From a virus (lineage: Duplodnaviria > Caudoviricetes), in IMG/VR virus record IMGVR_UViG_3300044738_000005, positions 1 through 64,000 of that record: 64,000 nt of DNA; one strand, given 5' to 3'. The notes beneath the pieces were generated by a model. That model saw nothing but the letters and a program-made list of their open reading frames with translations, did no database searches and was not told the origin of the DNA. Below, in pieces: positions 22,463 through 32,028 of the stretch (positions within the stretch are counted from its first letter, which is position 1; each line of letters starts with the position of its first letter). The position numbers and the translations under genes are program-made.

Positions 22463-22785
22463 TGGCCCTCGAACTCAAGCGCAACGACCTTCGGCCGCAC
22501 TTCCGCGTGAGCCTGACCGCCAACGGCGATCCTGTCGATCTCACCGACGCCACGTCCGCCTTCTTCCTGATGAAGCAGGGCACGAACGGAACCCCCAAGG
22601 TGGACAGGGGCGCGATGACGTTCGTGGACCGCGCGACTGGGACGGTCGAGTACGCCTGGGTGGTCGGAGACACCGACACGGCCGGAACCTTCAACGTCGA
22701 GGTCGAGGTCCTGTGGGGCACCGAGCCCCAGACCTTCCCGTCCAAGGGCTACTGGACCGTGACCATCGAGGACGACCTTGGCTGA
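22462..22785 (+). CDS. BppU N-terminal-like Ig-fold virion protein
   Basis: KRNDLRP...VDLT...GTVEYAW..GDTDTAG...TFPS.GY. Confidence 0.75.
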   Translation: MALELKRNDLRPHFRVSLTANGDPVDLTDATSAFFLMKQGTNGTPKVDRGAMTFVDRATGTVEYAWVVGDTDTAGTFNVEVEVLWGTEPQTFPSKGYWTVTIEDDLG

Positions 22786-23410
22786 TCTGATCACCCCAAC
22801 GCTTCTCTACAATGCGCTCAACGTAGCGCCCGGCGACCTGTCTCCGCAGGAGGTTGACAAGTACGCGGAGGCCATCGCCGCCGCGTCGGCGGCTGTCCGG
22901 GCCTGGACGGATCGGAACTTCGAGGCAGCCACCGGCACGGCCACCACGCGCACCTTCGAGTACGACGGCTCCGGCGTGCTTGAGATTGACGACTGCACGT
23001 CCGTCACGGGCGTTGCGGTGACGGTCCCCAACGGCGTAGATCGCAGCCTCACGCCGGTTGAGTTCTCCCCGCGCCCCTTCGAGGGTCCGATCTTCGACTA
23101 CATCACCATGAGCCCCTCGTGGGGCCAGATCAGCCGCGAAATGGGCTTCACACGCAACCTCGACCGCTACGAGGGACCCCTTGGGTACCAGCCGACGATC
23201 AAGGTTACGGCGACCTGGGGCTGGCCGGAGATTCCGGCCGACGTGCGGCGTGCGGTCATCTGGACCGCTGTGGCCCTGGTCGAGAACCCGCGCCCCTTCA
23301 TCAGCGAGTCCATCGAGGGCTACTCGCGCACCATCGGCCCGGCTCCGTTCGACGCGATCCCGCAGCGTGCGGCCGCGCTGCTCGCGCCCTACACCAAGAT
23401 CAAGGTCTGA
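22778..23410 (+). CDS. Head-to-tail adaptor (gp6-like)
   Basis: ASAAVRAWTDRNF, VTATWGW..IPADV..A, SESIEGYS. Confidence 0.8.
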   Translation: MADLITPTLLYNALNVAPGDLSPQEVDKYAEAIAAASAAVRAWTDRNFEAATGTATTRTFEYDGSGVLEIDDCTSVTGVAVTVPNGVDRSLTPVEFSPRPFEGPIFDYITMSPSWGQISREMGFTRNLDRYEGPLGYQPTIKVTATWGWPEIPADVRRAVIWTAVALVENPRPFISESIEGYSRTIGPAPFDAIPQRAAALLAPYTKIKV

Positions 23411-23412
23411 CC

Positions 23413-23922
23413 ATGGCGACGATTCACGCAGAGGTCGAGACCTTCATGGCCAAGAACAGCATGGGCCACTGGGCTTCCGGCAAGGCCGGTGAGGCCAAGC
23501 TCGCGCTGGACGATCTCGTGGACGCTGGCAAGGACGCGGCCGTACGCCTCGCTCCGCGCGGCCCCGCGCACAACCGCGCCGGGCACGTGCACTTCAAGGA
23601 CTCCATCGTGGACGCGGGCTATTCCAGCGGTCAGGAGCGCGGCTGGGGCACCATCGCCAAGCACTTCTGGTGGTACGTCCGGGGCACGGGGGCTCACCCG
23701 ATCACGGGCAAGATGCGCTTCGACTGGGACGGCGGCAACTTCCACTGGCGCGACTACCGCTTCGGCCCCTATGGCTCCGGCAAGGCCTACGAGAACTGGG
23801 ACGAGTCGTCGGGCGCAACCGTGCGCCACCCCGGCACCGGCCCGCATCCGAACTGGCTCAAGGCCTCCTTCGATGCCGTGGCTCCGCTCGCGCCCTCCTT
23901 CCTGAAGCGGCGGATGGGCTGA
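23413..23922 (+). CDS. Neck/tail completion protein (HK97 gp10-like)
   Basis: Position; LAP, HPGT.P...L motifs. Confidence 0.65.
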   Translation: MATIHAEVETFMAKNSMGHWASGKAGEAKLALDDLVDAGKDAAVRLAPRGPAHNRAGHVHFKDSIVDAGYSSGQERGWGTIAKHFWWYVRGTGAHPITGKMRFDWDGGNFHWRDYRFGPYGSGKAYENWDESSGATVRHPGTGPHPNWLKASFDAVAPLAPSFLKRRMG

Positions 23923-24374
23923 TGGCCGTCATCGACCCCTACGTCGAGGTCTCGGACGGCCTCAAGCAGATCATCGACTCCGAGTTCGCCCCGGAGGGCT
24001 TCGTGGCGATCCACGACCGGCTGCACGAGTCCCTCGGCGACGAGGGCACGCGCATCGGCATCAGCCCGGAAGAGCAGGCCCCGCAGCGGGGCAACGAGGT
24101 CGTGCTGGCGACAGTCGTGCTCGTGCAGTTCTACGGCAAGTGGAACAAGGAGATCGACAACGCGCAGATCGTGGACCCTCGCCGGATCACGGGCTACGCG
24201 GCCCGCTTCCGGCAGCGCGTCTACACGTCTGCTGCGCAGGGATCGAGCAGCGTGTGGTACTACAAGCTGCTCTCGATCACCTACCCCAAGGACCCCACGG
24301 GCAACAAGACACGCTTCGAGGCGCAAGTGCAGGCGCTCGGCGACAACACAGGGCTGACCGAAACGACTGGCTAG
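23922..24374 (+). CDS. Tail terminator-like protein
   Basis: Position before the tail tube; alpha/beta pattern. Confidence 0.6.
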   Translation: MAVIDPYVEVSDGLKQIIDSEFAPEGFVAIHDRLHESLGDEGTRIGISPEEQAPQRGNEVVLATVVLVQFYGKWNKEIDNAQIVDPRRITGYAARFRQRVYTSAAQGSSSVWYYKLLSITYPKDPTGNKTRFEAQVQALGDNTGLTETTG

Positions 24375-24402
24375 TGGCACGGACGCATGTAGATTGTACT
24401 TC

Positions 24403-24756
24403 ATGGCGACCGCTACCGTTTCCAAGGGCAAGTCCGCGCCGGAAGGCGATCTTGTCATCACGCCGCCGCTCGGTGAGCAGTTCACCGTAGGCTCGGACAG
24501 CTACCAGACCGACGACGTGGCGCTCGTCGCATCGCTCGGCTCGCTCGTGGAGGCCGGGACGCTCGACGTGTCCTGGGCTACCGACGAGGCTGACAACTCC
24601 GAGGCGGAGGCGCGCAAGGCTGCCGACAAGGCCGCCAAGCAGCGGTACCGCGACATCCAGGCCGACAAGCCTCTCGAAGAACTGACGCCTGTGCCGGACA
24701 CCGCGCAGGGCGACCCTGACCCCGACGCAACCGATCTCGCAGGGAGTGACAACTGA
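24403..24756 (+). CDS. Acidic hypothetical protein
   Basis: TAGATT 7 nt before ATG; TGATG coupling. Confidence 0.7.
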   Translation: MATATVSKGKSAPEGDLVITPPLGEQFTVGSDSYQTDDVALVASLGSLVEAGTLDVSWATDEADNSEAEARKAADKAAKQRYRDIQADKPLEELTPVPDTAQGDPDPDATDLAGSDN

Positions 24757-25832
24757 TGGCAGGCCTTCGCTCGAACTCCGCCTGGTGGGCGATCCAGAAG
24801 CAGCTTGCCCAGGGCACCGCTGCTGCGGGCACCGCCGCCTCGGCCTTCAAGATTCCCTTCGCGGGCGGCTCCATCGGGCCGGTCCGCGAGACCGACCGCC
24901 TCGCTGAGACCGACTCGTCGGTCGATCAGGGCGATCCCTACGTGACCGCCTCGGGCGTCGAGGGCTCCCCGGAGGCCTACGTCCGCGACTCCTACCTGCC
25001 GCTCCTGCTGCACGGAGTCCTCAACGGGGCCATCGTGTCCTCGGGCACGACCAACTTCACCCACCAGATCGACGCGGCCGCCAACGACATGCCGTACTAC
25101 ACGATCTGGAAGGACATCGGCGCGCAGTCGGCGACGACTCCGTTCGCGGCGCTTGCGCCGGGCATCATGGAGAAGTTCGTGGACTGCCGCATCGGCTCCG
25201 CCACGATCTCGGCTGAGGCTGGCTCGCCGCTGACCATCGCCGCTGGCATCCAGGGCCGCATCCCGACCAACGAGGACGCTCCGGCGTCCATCGCTGGCCT
25301 GGCGATGTCGCAGGACCCGGTGTACCTCTACTCGCACGCGACCGACTACGCGGCCAACCCGGACGTGTCGCTGATCAAGCTCAACAACGGGGCGACCTTC
25401 AAGATTCGCTCCTTCGAGTTGACCATCGAGAACAACGTGTCGCGCCAGCAGACCAACACGGTCTACCCGCTGGACGTTCCGGCCGGTGTCCGCGAGGTCA
25501 CGCTCGGCTTCGACCTCGTGTTCGATGACAACTCGATGTACGAGCAGTACCACTACGCGGGTGGCGTGGACGCCACGACCAACATCTACACGCTGGGCTC
25601 GACCATCGCGGCCCCTGGCGCGCAGTTCATCTTCCGTCGCGGCACGAACAACGAGGTCTCGTTCACGCTGCCGAAGATCGCCGTCGAAGAGTTCCCCGTC
25701 GAGCCTGACCCCGGTGGCGACCCCATCGTCGTCCCGGTTCGCGGCGTGGCCCTTCGCGGAACCGCCACGGACCCCATCGTCCGTGCCACGGTCAAGAACC
25801 AGAACGCGGGCACGGCGTACGCCGGAGCCTGA
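24756..25832 (+). CDS. Major tail (tube) protein
   Basis: FELTIENN, REVTLGFDL, FTLPK...GDPI; position. Confidence 0.85.
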   Translation: MAGLRSNSAWWAIQKQLAQGTAAAGTAASAFKIPFAGGSIGPVRETDRLAETDSSVDQGDPYVTASGVEGSPEAYVRDSYLPLLLHGVLNGAIVSSGTTNFTHQIDAAANDMPYYTIWKDIGAQSATTPFAALAPGIMEKFVDCRIGSATISAEAGSPLTIAAGIQGRIPTNEDAPASIAGLAMSQDPVYLYSHATDYAANPDVSLIKLNNGATFKIRSFELTIENNVSRQQTNTVYPLDVPAGVREVTLGFDLVFDDNSMYEQYHYAGGVDATTNIYTLGSTIAAPGAQFIFRRGTNNEVSFTLPKIAVEEFPVEPDPGGDPIVVPVRGVALRGTATDPIVRATVKNQNAGTAYAGA

Positions 25833-25858
25833 TCTCTCCTTCCTGCCGGACCCGACCT

Positions 25859-25878
25859 GGGCCGCCTTCGGGCGGCCC
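25859..25878 (+). terminator. Intrinsic terminator
   Basis: GGGCCGCC-TTCG-GGCGGCCC followed by TTGTCGTT. Confidence 0.8.
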
Positions 25879-26007
25879 TTGTCGTTCTAGTCGAAATGAG
25901 GCATTCTGAGCCCCTGCATCGCTGGGTGAGGGTCTACCTCCAAGATCACCCTCGGAGGCCGCGAGAGGGCCGTTCCCGGGCGTCAGGGCACGTGCGAGAC
26001 TGGTTGC

Positions 26008-26190
26008 ATGGCAGACGACAACACCGACCCACAGCAGAGGGCCATCGAGATCGCCCTCGCCCAGGCGAAGCGCGTCAGTCGTGAGAGTAGGCTTGTAGTC
26101 CAAGCCCTCGCTCGAATCCGCGACGGCGAGTACACACCACAGCCCAAGGAGGCACAGGAGCATGAGCGCAGCAACCGCAGCACCACCTGA
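26008..26190 (+). CDS. Possible 60-aa hypothetical protein
   Basis: ORF only; overlaps the chaperone start. Confidence 0.35.
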   Translation: MADDNTDPQQRAIEIALAQAKRVSRESRLVVQALARIRDGEYTPQPKEAQEHERSNRSTT

Positions 26191-26620
26191 GTTCGACAAG
26201 CCGACCACGGCGGCGGCCTGGAAGAAGGCCAAGACGCACGAGGTCGTGCTCCCTTCGGGAGTCGCGGTCGAGATCGAGATTCCCAACCTCTCCCAGATGG
26301 TCAAGACGGGCGAACTGCCCAACGACCTGATCGACGCCGCCCTCGGCGCGATGCAGAAGCAGCGTGTGACGCCGGACCTGCTCCTGAAGCAGGCCGACTT
26401 CTACACGAAGCTCGTCGCGCTGACCGTCGTGAAGCCGAAGATCACCGAAGAGGACGTGGCCGACCTCCCCTACGAGGATCAGGAGCTTCTGGTCGAACTC
26501 GCTACGAGGCAGCGCGACGTTGACGCGCTGGGTCACCACATCGCTGGCCTGCACACCAGCAAGGACTGGCGGCGCTTTCGTGGGTACGACATCAGCGACG
26601 AGGATGTGGAGGACCTGTAA
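26162..26620 (+). CDS. Tail assembly chaperone (G-like)
   Basis: Between tail tube and tape measure; GGAG RBS. Confidence 0.8.
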   Translation: MSAATAAPPEFDKPTTAAAWKKAKTHEVVLPSGVAVEIEIPNLSQMVKTGELPNDLIDAALGAMQKQRVTPDLLLKQADFYTKLVALTVVKPKITEEDVADLPYEDQELLVELATRQRDVDALGHHIAGLHTSKDWRRFRGYDISDEDVEDL

Positions 26621-26795
26621 GGAGGCAGGTCGCCCCTGGCCGGTTCTTGACGACGACCCCCTGATCGACTACATGATCATGGAGGCAGTCGCCGTGAAGG
26701 CCGCCAAGGAGGAAGCGAAGGCACAGAAGGAAGAAGAGCAGAAGGCCTGGAAGAAGGACAAGTCCGGGCTAGACAAGCTGAAGAACCTGGGATGA
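26604..26795 (+). CDS. Tail chaperone T-like segment in the +1 frame (own ATG, or reached by frameshift at 26576-26581)
   Basis: Overlapping frame open from 26520; MWRTCKEAGRPWPVLDDD. Confidence 0.65.
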   Translation: MWRTCKEAGRPWPVLDDDPLIDYMIMEAVAVKAAKEEAKAQKEEEQKAWKKDKSGLDKLKNLG

Positions 26796-26817
26796 CGGAG
26801 GGGGTGAACAGAGCACG

Positions 26818-29800
26818 ATGGCACCGGAGGTAGTAGCTGAGGGCGTAGTCCTAGTCTCCCTGCGGGAGAACTTGGCCCGCGAAATGGCGGCGGCCGAGGC
26901 GAAGGTCGCTGCCGGCATGAAGGCCATCGACGCGCAGGAAGCCGAGCTTCGCGTCAAGAACGACAAGGCCATCGCCGCCGTGGAGGACCTCCGCGACCGG
27001 GAGCGTCGTGCTCTGGCAGACCTCGACAAGGCGCGTGCGGCCTCGAACCGCCAGGACGAGCGCAACGCGGCCGCGCGCCTCCGTCGTGCCCAGCAGGGCA
27101 TTGCCCAGTGGCAGCGCGACAACGCCGACCTCAACACCAAGCTCGCCAAGCTCGCCGAGCGCCGGGCGAACCTTGAGATCGCGGCCGAGCGCCGCGTGCT
27201 CGCGGCTCGTCAGAAGGTAGCCAAGGAGACCGACAAGCTCCACCGCGAGGCGGAGCGCGGAGCGACCAAGGCCGCCGCCGCGACCGACAAGCAGGCGGCC
27301 GCGCTGGACCGCGAGACCAGCAAGGCCGAGCAGTTGACGGCGCAGTACGTGCGCCTTGAGAAGCAGCGCCAGCGCATGATGCGCCGCCGCGACAAGATCA
27401 CCACGTCGCGCTCCGAGAAGGAGACCATCGACTTCGACTCGCGCGCTGTTGAAGAGAAGATGATCGCCCTGCGCGCTCGTCTGCAGGCCATCGGCAGGGA
27501 CCCTGTGACGATCCACGTGGACATTGACGAGGACAACGACTCGCTCTCGAAGTTCGCCCGGACGATCTCTGAGACTTCGGTTCGCATGGGACCGTTCACG
27601 ACCACCATCGGCAACGCCTTCCGCATCATGGCGACGGGTGGCCCGATCATCATGGGCGTAGTGGCCGCGCTTGGGTCCCTCGTCGCCGTCGCAGGCGGCG
27701 CAATCGTGGGAGCCATTGGCGCACTCGGCGCGGGCTTCGCCGGGCTCGTTCCTCTGATCGCAGGTACCGCGTTCGCCATCGCGCCGCTGGTCGGCAACTT
27801 CAAGAAGGCCACGGACGCTGCGCAGAAGCTCCGTGACGCTCAGATCAAGTACGGCAAGGGCTCCGACCAGGCACAGAAGGCGCAGGACGAACTCAAGCAG
27901 ACGCTCAAGGGCATCGACCCGGCCGCCCGCGACGCGGCGAAGGGCCTCGTGGGCCTCAAGGAACGCTGGAAGGACCTGACTCGTTCGACGGCGCGCGAGT
28001 CCTTCGGTCGCGTCATCGGCAAGTCGTTCTCGGCGGCGCAGAAGCTCATGCCGATGTTCGCTCGGCAGACCAACCAGTTCATGGACACGGCGTCCAAGGG
28101 CATTGGCTCGATGATGGACCGCCTCGCCAGCCCTGGCGGCCAGAAGGGCCTGAACACGATCTTCACCAACATGAACCTCGCGCTCAAGCCGCTCATGTCC
28201 GGTCTTGAGTCACTGGGCGCGGTCGGCGGCCGGGTGCTGGCTTCCTTCTCGAACTACCTGCCTGGGGTCTCGCACGGATTCGCCGACTGGGCCAAGAACC
28301 TCGACAAGCTCGCTACCAACGATGCCATCGAGAGCTTCGTCAAGACCTCGATGAACTCGCTGTCGAGCTTCTGGGGCCTGCTCAAGAGCGTCGGACGCGT
28401 GCTGACCAACTTCTTCAAGGCCGCGCTCAAGGGGCCGCGCGGTAGCGCACCCGCGCTGAAGTTCGTGGATCAGATGACGAGCGGCCTCAACGACATGGCC
28501 GACTCGATGAACACGGTCGAGGGCCAGGAGGGCATCCGCGACTTCTTCACGGACTTCAACGACATCGCCACGAAGTCCTACCAGGCGCTCAAGCCGTTCG
28601 TCCAGTTGATGTACGAGTGGTCCACGATCATGCGTCCGCTGGTCGGCCCGGCCCTGCAGTTCGTTGGGCTGCTGGCGAAGATGGTTCACTTCCTCACGGA
28701 CCTGGCTCCGGTGCGAGTTGCTCTGCAGGGAGCCTTCGGGCTCTTCCTCGCGGGCACGCTTGCCTCGAAGGTCCTGGGAGTCGTCCGGCTGTTCCGCCAG
28801 CTTCGCACGGCCATCGTTGAACTCGGCGCGGCAGGTGCGGGCCTCAAGGCGCTGAACTTCCTGACGGGCGGCGGCCTGCCGATTCCCGTGCCAGGCGGCC
28901 GCTTCGGACGTGGCAAGGTGCCCAGCACGGTCGGCAAGACCCTGAGCCGCGAGGTGATTGACTTCGCTGCTGTCGGAGCGGGTGGCGCGGCCGCCGAGCG
29001 CACCGCCGTCAAGATGGCCAAGGGCACGGCGGCGGCGACCGGCTTCCGCGCGGCGCTGACTCGGCTCGGCAGCGGCTTCCTGAAGTTCGGCAAGGGAGTT
29101 GGGCCTGCCGGTGTTGCGCTGACCGCCTTCACCATCCTCGCCAGCCGACACTCGAAGGCGGCCGACGACTACAACGAGGCGCTCATGGACGGCGTGCACG
29201 CCAACAAGCGCCTGAAGGAGACCCAGGATGGTCTCAACGGCGGCTACAACAGCTTGGCTCGTGCGACCATGAACGCCAAGACCGCGCACCGCGAGTACGC
29301 TTCGGCGTCGAAGGAAGTCCGCCGACTTGAAGCGCAGGGCAAGAAGGGGACGTTGGAGTACCAGAGCGCGCTGATGCGCCTCAACGACGCGACTCAGCAG
29401 AACAACAAGGCCCAGCGCCAGCGAGAGAAGGTCGGCAAGGCCGTCAACGACCTCGAAGAGAGCTTCAAGGACACCGCTGACGATCAGTCGCAGTCGGTCA
29501 AGGAGCAGATCAAGGCGCAGAACGTGCTGATCGAGCGCGGCAAGAAGAACGGCGACTCGATGGCGATGCAGGCGAGCCGCTACGCGCAGCTTGGCAAGCT
29601 GATGGGCCAGTACCTCGGCAAGGTTGCTGAAGAGGCGCAGGCCAACGATCAGGCCGCGCTCAACACCGCCAACCACGTCCGCGCGCTGCAGGGCATGGGT
29701 CGCATGTCGCAGAAGGCGGCCGCCGACATGGGCGACCTGACCCGGAAGCTCGGCGCAAAAAAGACCATCAAGATCGCTACGCAGTTCGCTGTGCCGAAGG

Positions 29801-32028
29801 ATGCGGCGCGCGTCACGAGCATGGCTGCTCAGGCAGCCAAGGCTGGCGTCAAGGACAAGGTGATCATGCGGATCGTCGCCAACAGCGACTCGGCCGAAGA
29901 GGCCGTGGCGCGTCTGCGCGCGAAGCTGCTGACTCTGACGGCAGGCAAGCATGACCTGCAGATCGGTGCGGTGGACAAGGCCTCACGCACGATCAAGACG
30001 ATCTTCGGCTGGATCACCAAGCTCCCCAAGAAGCACGACACTGATGTCAACGCCCACGACAAGGCCAAGCCGACGATCTCCGGCGTCGTTCGCGCGATCC
30101 TGGGCATCCCGAGCAAGCACGACACGCGCATCCAGGCGATTGACAACGCGCTGGGCCTGATCCACAGCATCACGAACGCGATCAACTCGATCCCGACCTC
30201 CAAGACTTCGACCGTCACGGTCAACTACCGCCAGACGGGCCACGTGCCCGGCATCGCTGGCAACACAGGCACGCCCCAGATGGGCGGCGGGCCTTTCTTC
30301 GCCAGCGGCGGTACGCTGCCGACCCGTGATCGCATCGAGCGCGACGGCATCAGGGCGTTCCAGTCGGCCATCAAGAAGTCGGCCGTGCCGAAGGCAGGCT
30401 CGAAGGTCAATGCTCCGCGCCTGGTTGTGGGCGAGCAGCGCACGCACCCGGAGTACGTCATCGCCACGAACCCGGCCTACCGCGACCGCAACAAGGGCCT
30501 GATCCGCAAGGCCGCTAACGACCTCGGCATGGACCCGCTGGACTTCGCCGCCAAGGGGCGCGAGCCACAGCACGGGCGTCCGAAGAAGCCCAAGGGCTGG
30601 ACCAAGACCAAGGGCTGGTACGACCCGACTCCGTGGAAGGGCAAGACGCCCGACCGCAAGACGTGGTGGCTGCCGCCGCGCTGGGGCATGCTGCCCTCGA
30701 CGGGCCAAATCTTCAAGAAGGGCTGGGTCGTGTCGGCCAACGGACGCATGGTGCCCATCGAGCATCACCAGGCTCCGAACGACCGCAAGTCGATCACGCG
30801 CAAGCGCGCGGGGGTCGGCGCTGTCGATCCGACCGTCAGCGGCGAGGTCATCAGCACGTTCAACTCGCTCACGAAGCAGATCAAGGGCTTCAAGGAGCGC
30901 CTGCGCGAGATCAAGCAGGACGAGCCTAAGAAGCCGACCCGCAAGAAGGGCGAGAAGGACAAGGACTGGAAGGCCCGTCACGACAAGTGGGAGACCAAGC
31001 ACAAGACCTGGCAGCGTGGCCGTCATCGGACGCGACGCGACAAGCGCCAGGCTGAGACCAAGCGCGATCACCTGGCGAAGAAGTACAACCTCTCGCAGTT
31101 GAACGAGGGCGTCGTGAACACGATGGCCAGCCTGCAGGACCAGGCCGACGCGGCCTCGAACGACATGCAGAAGGCAGGACTCAAGGGCAACGTCAAGGGC
31201 TTCTACGATGCGCGCGAGCGTCGCGTGAACCTGCTGACCACGCTGGCCGGGATGCTTCGTCGTGCGCAGAAGAAGGCCAAGGAGCCCTACAAGAGCGAAC
31301 TGATCCGTCGCCTGCACGATGCGACCAACTCGATCTCCGAGACCAAGAACGAGGCCTACCCCGGCGGCGCTGATCCGCTGTCGCTGTTGACGCCCCAGCA
31401 GGCCGACCAGCTTCGCAAGATTCAGGCCGACGTGAACCTCGAAGAGGCTGGACAGGCCGACATGTACCAGGCCTCGTGGAAGGACCTGCTGCCTGGCGAC
31501 GAGACCCCGACCGCGCCGGAGGCCTTGGTGTCCTTCTGGAAGCAGCGCCTCGCTGAGGCCAAGACGCGCGGCGACAGCCCCGACATCATCGGAGCCATCG
31601 CAGCCGAGCTTGCGTCGGCGCAGGGCACCGGCGGAGAGTCCGCCGCCGCCGCCCAGACCATCACGCCTGGCCAGATGCTCAACAACGAGCGCATGAACCT
31701 CCTGCGCGAGTTCGGCTCGAACACCTACGACATGGGCATCGGGGCCGCCGGAGGCGCAACGCCCGGCGGCGGCGGGCCTACGGCCAACGCGGCCCGGCTC
31801 GCCGACCCCTACTCGGGCAACGACGTGATGACGACCATCGCTGGCGGCACCAGCGCGGCGGCCGCCCTTGGCGCGGCTGCGGCGACCGGCGGAGTCGTCT
31901 ACAGCGGCGGCGGCCCTGGCGGAGCCCGCATCCAGAACGTCTACGTCCAGCCGACCTACGCAACCGTGCCGCCTGATCCGCACACCTACTCGCGCCAGGT
32001 CGCCTACGAGATCGGATCGGCGCTCTGA
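26818..32028 (+). CDS. Tape measure protein (1736 aa)
   Basis: Long helical protein with hydrophobic blocks; FASGG...VVGE..HPEYVI motif. Confidence 0.95.
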   Translation: MAPEVVAEGVVLVSLRENLAREMAAAEAKVAAGMKAIDAQEAELRVKNDKAIAAVEDLRDRERRALADLDKARAASNRQDERNAAARLRRAQQGIAQWQRDNADLNTKLAKLAERRANLEIAAERRVLAARQKVAKETDKLHREAERGATKAAAATDKQAAALDRETSKAEQLTAQYVRLEKQRQRMMRRRDKITTSRSEKETIDFDSRAVEEKMIALRARLQAIGRDPVTIHVDIDEDNDSLSKFARTISETSVRMGPFTTTIGNAFRIMATGGPIIMGVVAALGSLVAVAGGAIVGAIGALGAGFAGLVPLIAGTAFAIAPLVGNFKKATDAAQKLRDAQIKYGKGSDQAQKAQDELKQTLKGIDPAARDAAKGLVGLKERWKDLTRSTARESFGRVIGKSFSAAQKLMPMFARQTNQFMDTASKGIGSMMDRLASPGGQKGLNTIFTNMNLALKPLMSGLESLGAVGGRVLASFSNYLPGVSHGFADWAKNLDKLATNDAIESFVKTSMNSLSSFWGLLKSVGRVLTNFFKAALKGPRGSAPALKFVDQMTSGLNDMADSMNTVEGQEGIRDFFTDFNDIATKSYQALKPFVQLMYEWSTIMRPLVGPALQFVGLLAKMVHFLTDLAPVRVALQGAFGLFLAGTLASKVLGVVRLFRQLRTAIVELGAAGAGLKALNFLTGGGLPIPVPGGRFGRGKVPSTVGKTLSREVIDFAAVGAGGAAAERTAVKMAKGTAAATGFRAALTRLGSGFLKFGKGVGPAGVALTAFTILASRHSKAADDYNEALMDGVHANKRLKETQDGLNGGYNSLARATMNAKTAHREYASASKEVRRLEAQGKKGTLEYQSALMRLNDATQQNNKAQRQREKVGKAVNDLEESFKDTADDQSQSVKEQIKAQNVLIERGKKNGDSMAMQASRYAQLGKLMGQYLGKVAEEAQANDQAALNTANHVRALQGMGRMSQKAAADMGDLTRKLGAKKTIKIATQFAVPKDAARVTSMAAQAAKAGVKDKVIMRIVANSDSAEEAVARLRAKLLTLTAGKHDLQIGAVDKASRTIKTIFGWITKLPKKHDTDVNAHDKAKPTISGVVRAILGIPSKHDTRIQAIDNALGLIHSITNAINSIPTSKTSTVTVNYRQTGHVPGIAGNTGTPQMGGGPFFASGGTLPTRDRIERDGIRAFQSAIKKSAVPKAGSKVNAPRLVVGEQRTHPEYVIATNPAYRDRNKGLIRKAANDLGMDPLDFAAKGREPQHGRPKKPKGWTKTKGWYDPTPWKGKTPDRKTWWLPPRWGMLPSTGQIFKKGWVVSANGRMVPIEHHQAPNDRKSITRKRAGVGAVDPTVSGEVISTFNSLTKQIKGFKERLREIKQDEPKKPTRKKGEKDKDWKARHDKWETKHKTWQRGRHRTRRDKRQAETKRDHLAKKYNLSQLNEGVVNTMASLQDQADAASNDMQKAGLKGNVKGFYDARERRVNLLTTLAGMLRRAQKKAKEPYKSELIRRLHDATNSISETKNEAYPGGADPLSLLTPQQADQLRKIQADVNLEEAGQADMYQASWKDLLPGDETPTAPEALVSFWKQRLAEAKTRGDSPDIIGAIAAELASAQGTGGESAAAAQTITPGQMLNNERMNLLREFGSNTYDMGIGAAGGATPGGGGPTANAARLADPYSGNDVMTTIAGGTSAAAALGAAAATGGVVYSGGGPGGARIQNVYVQPTYATVPPDPHTYSRQVAYEIGSAL

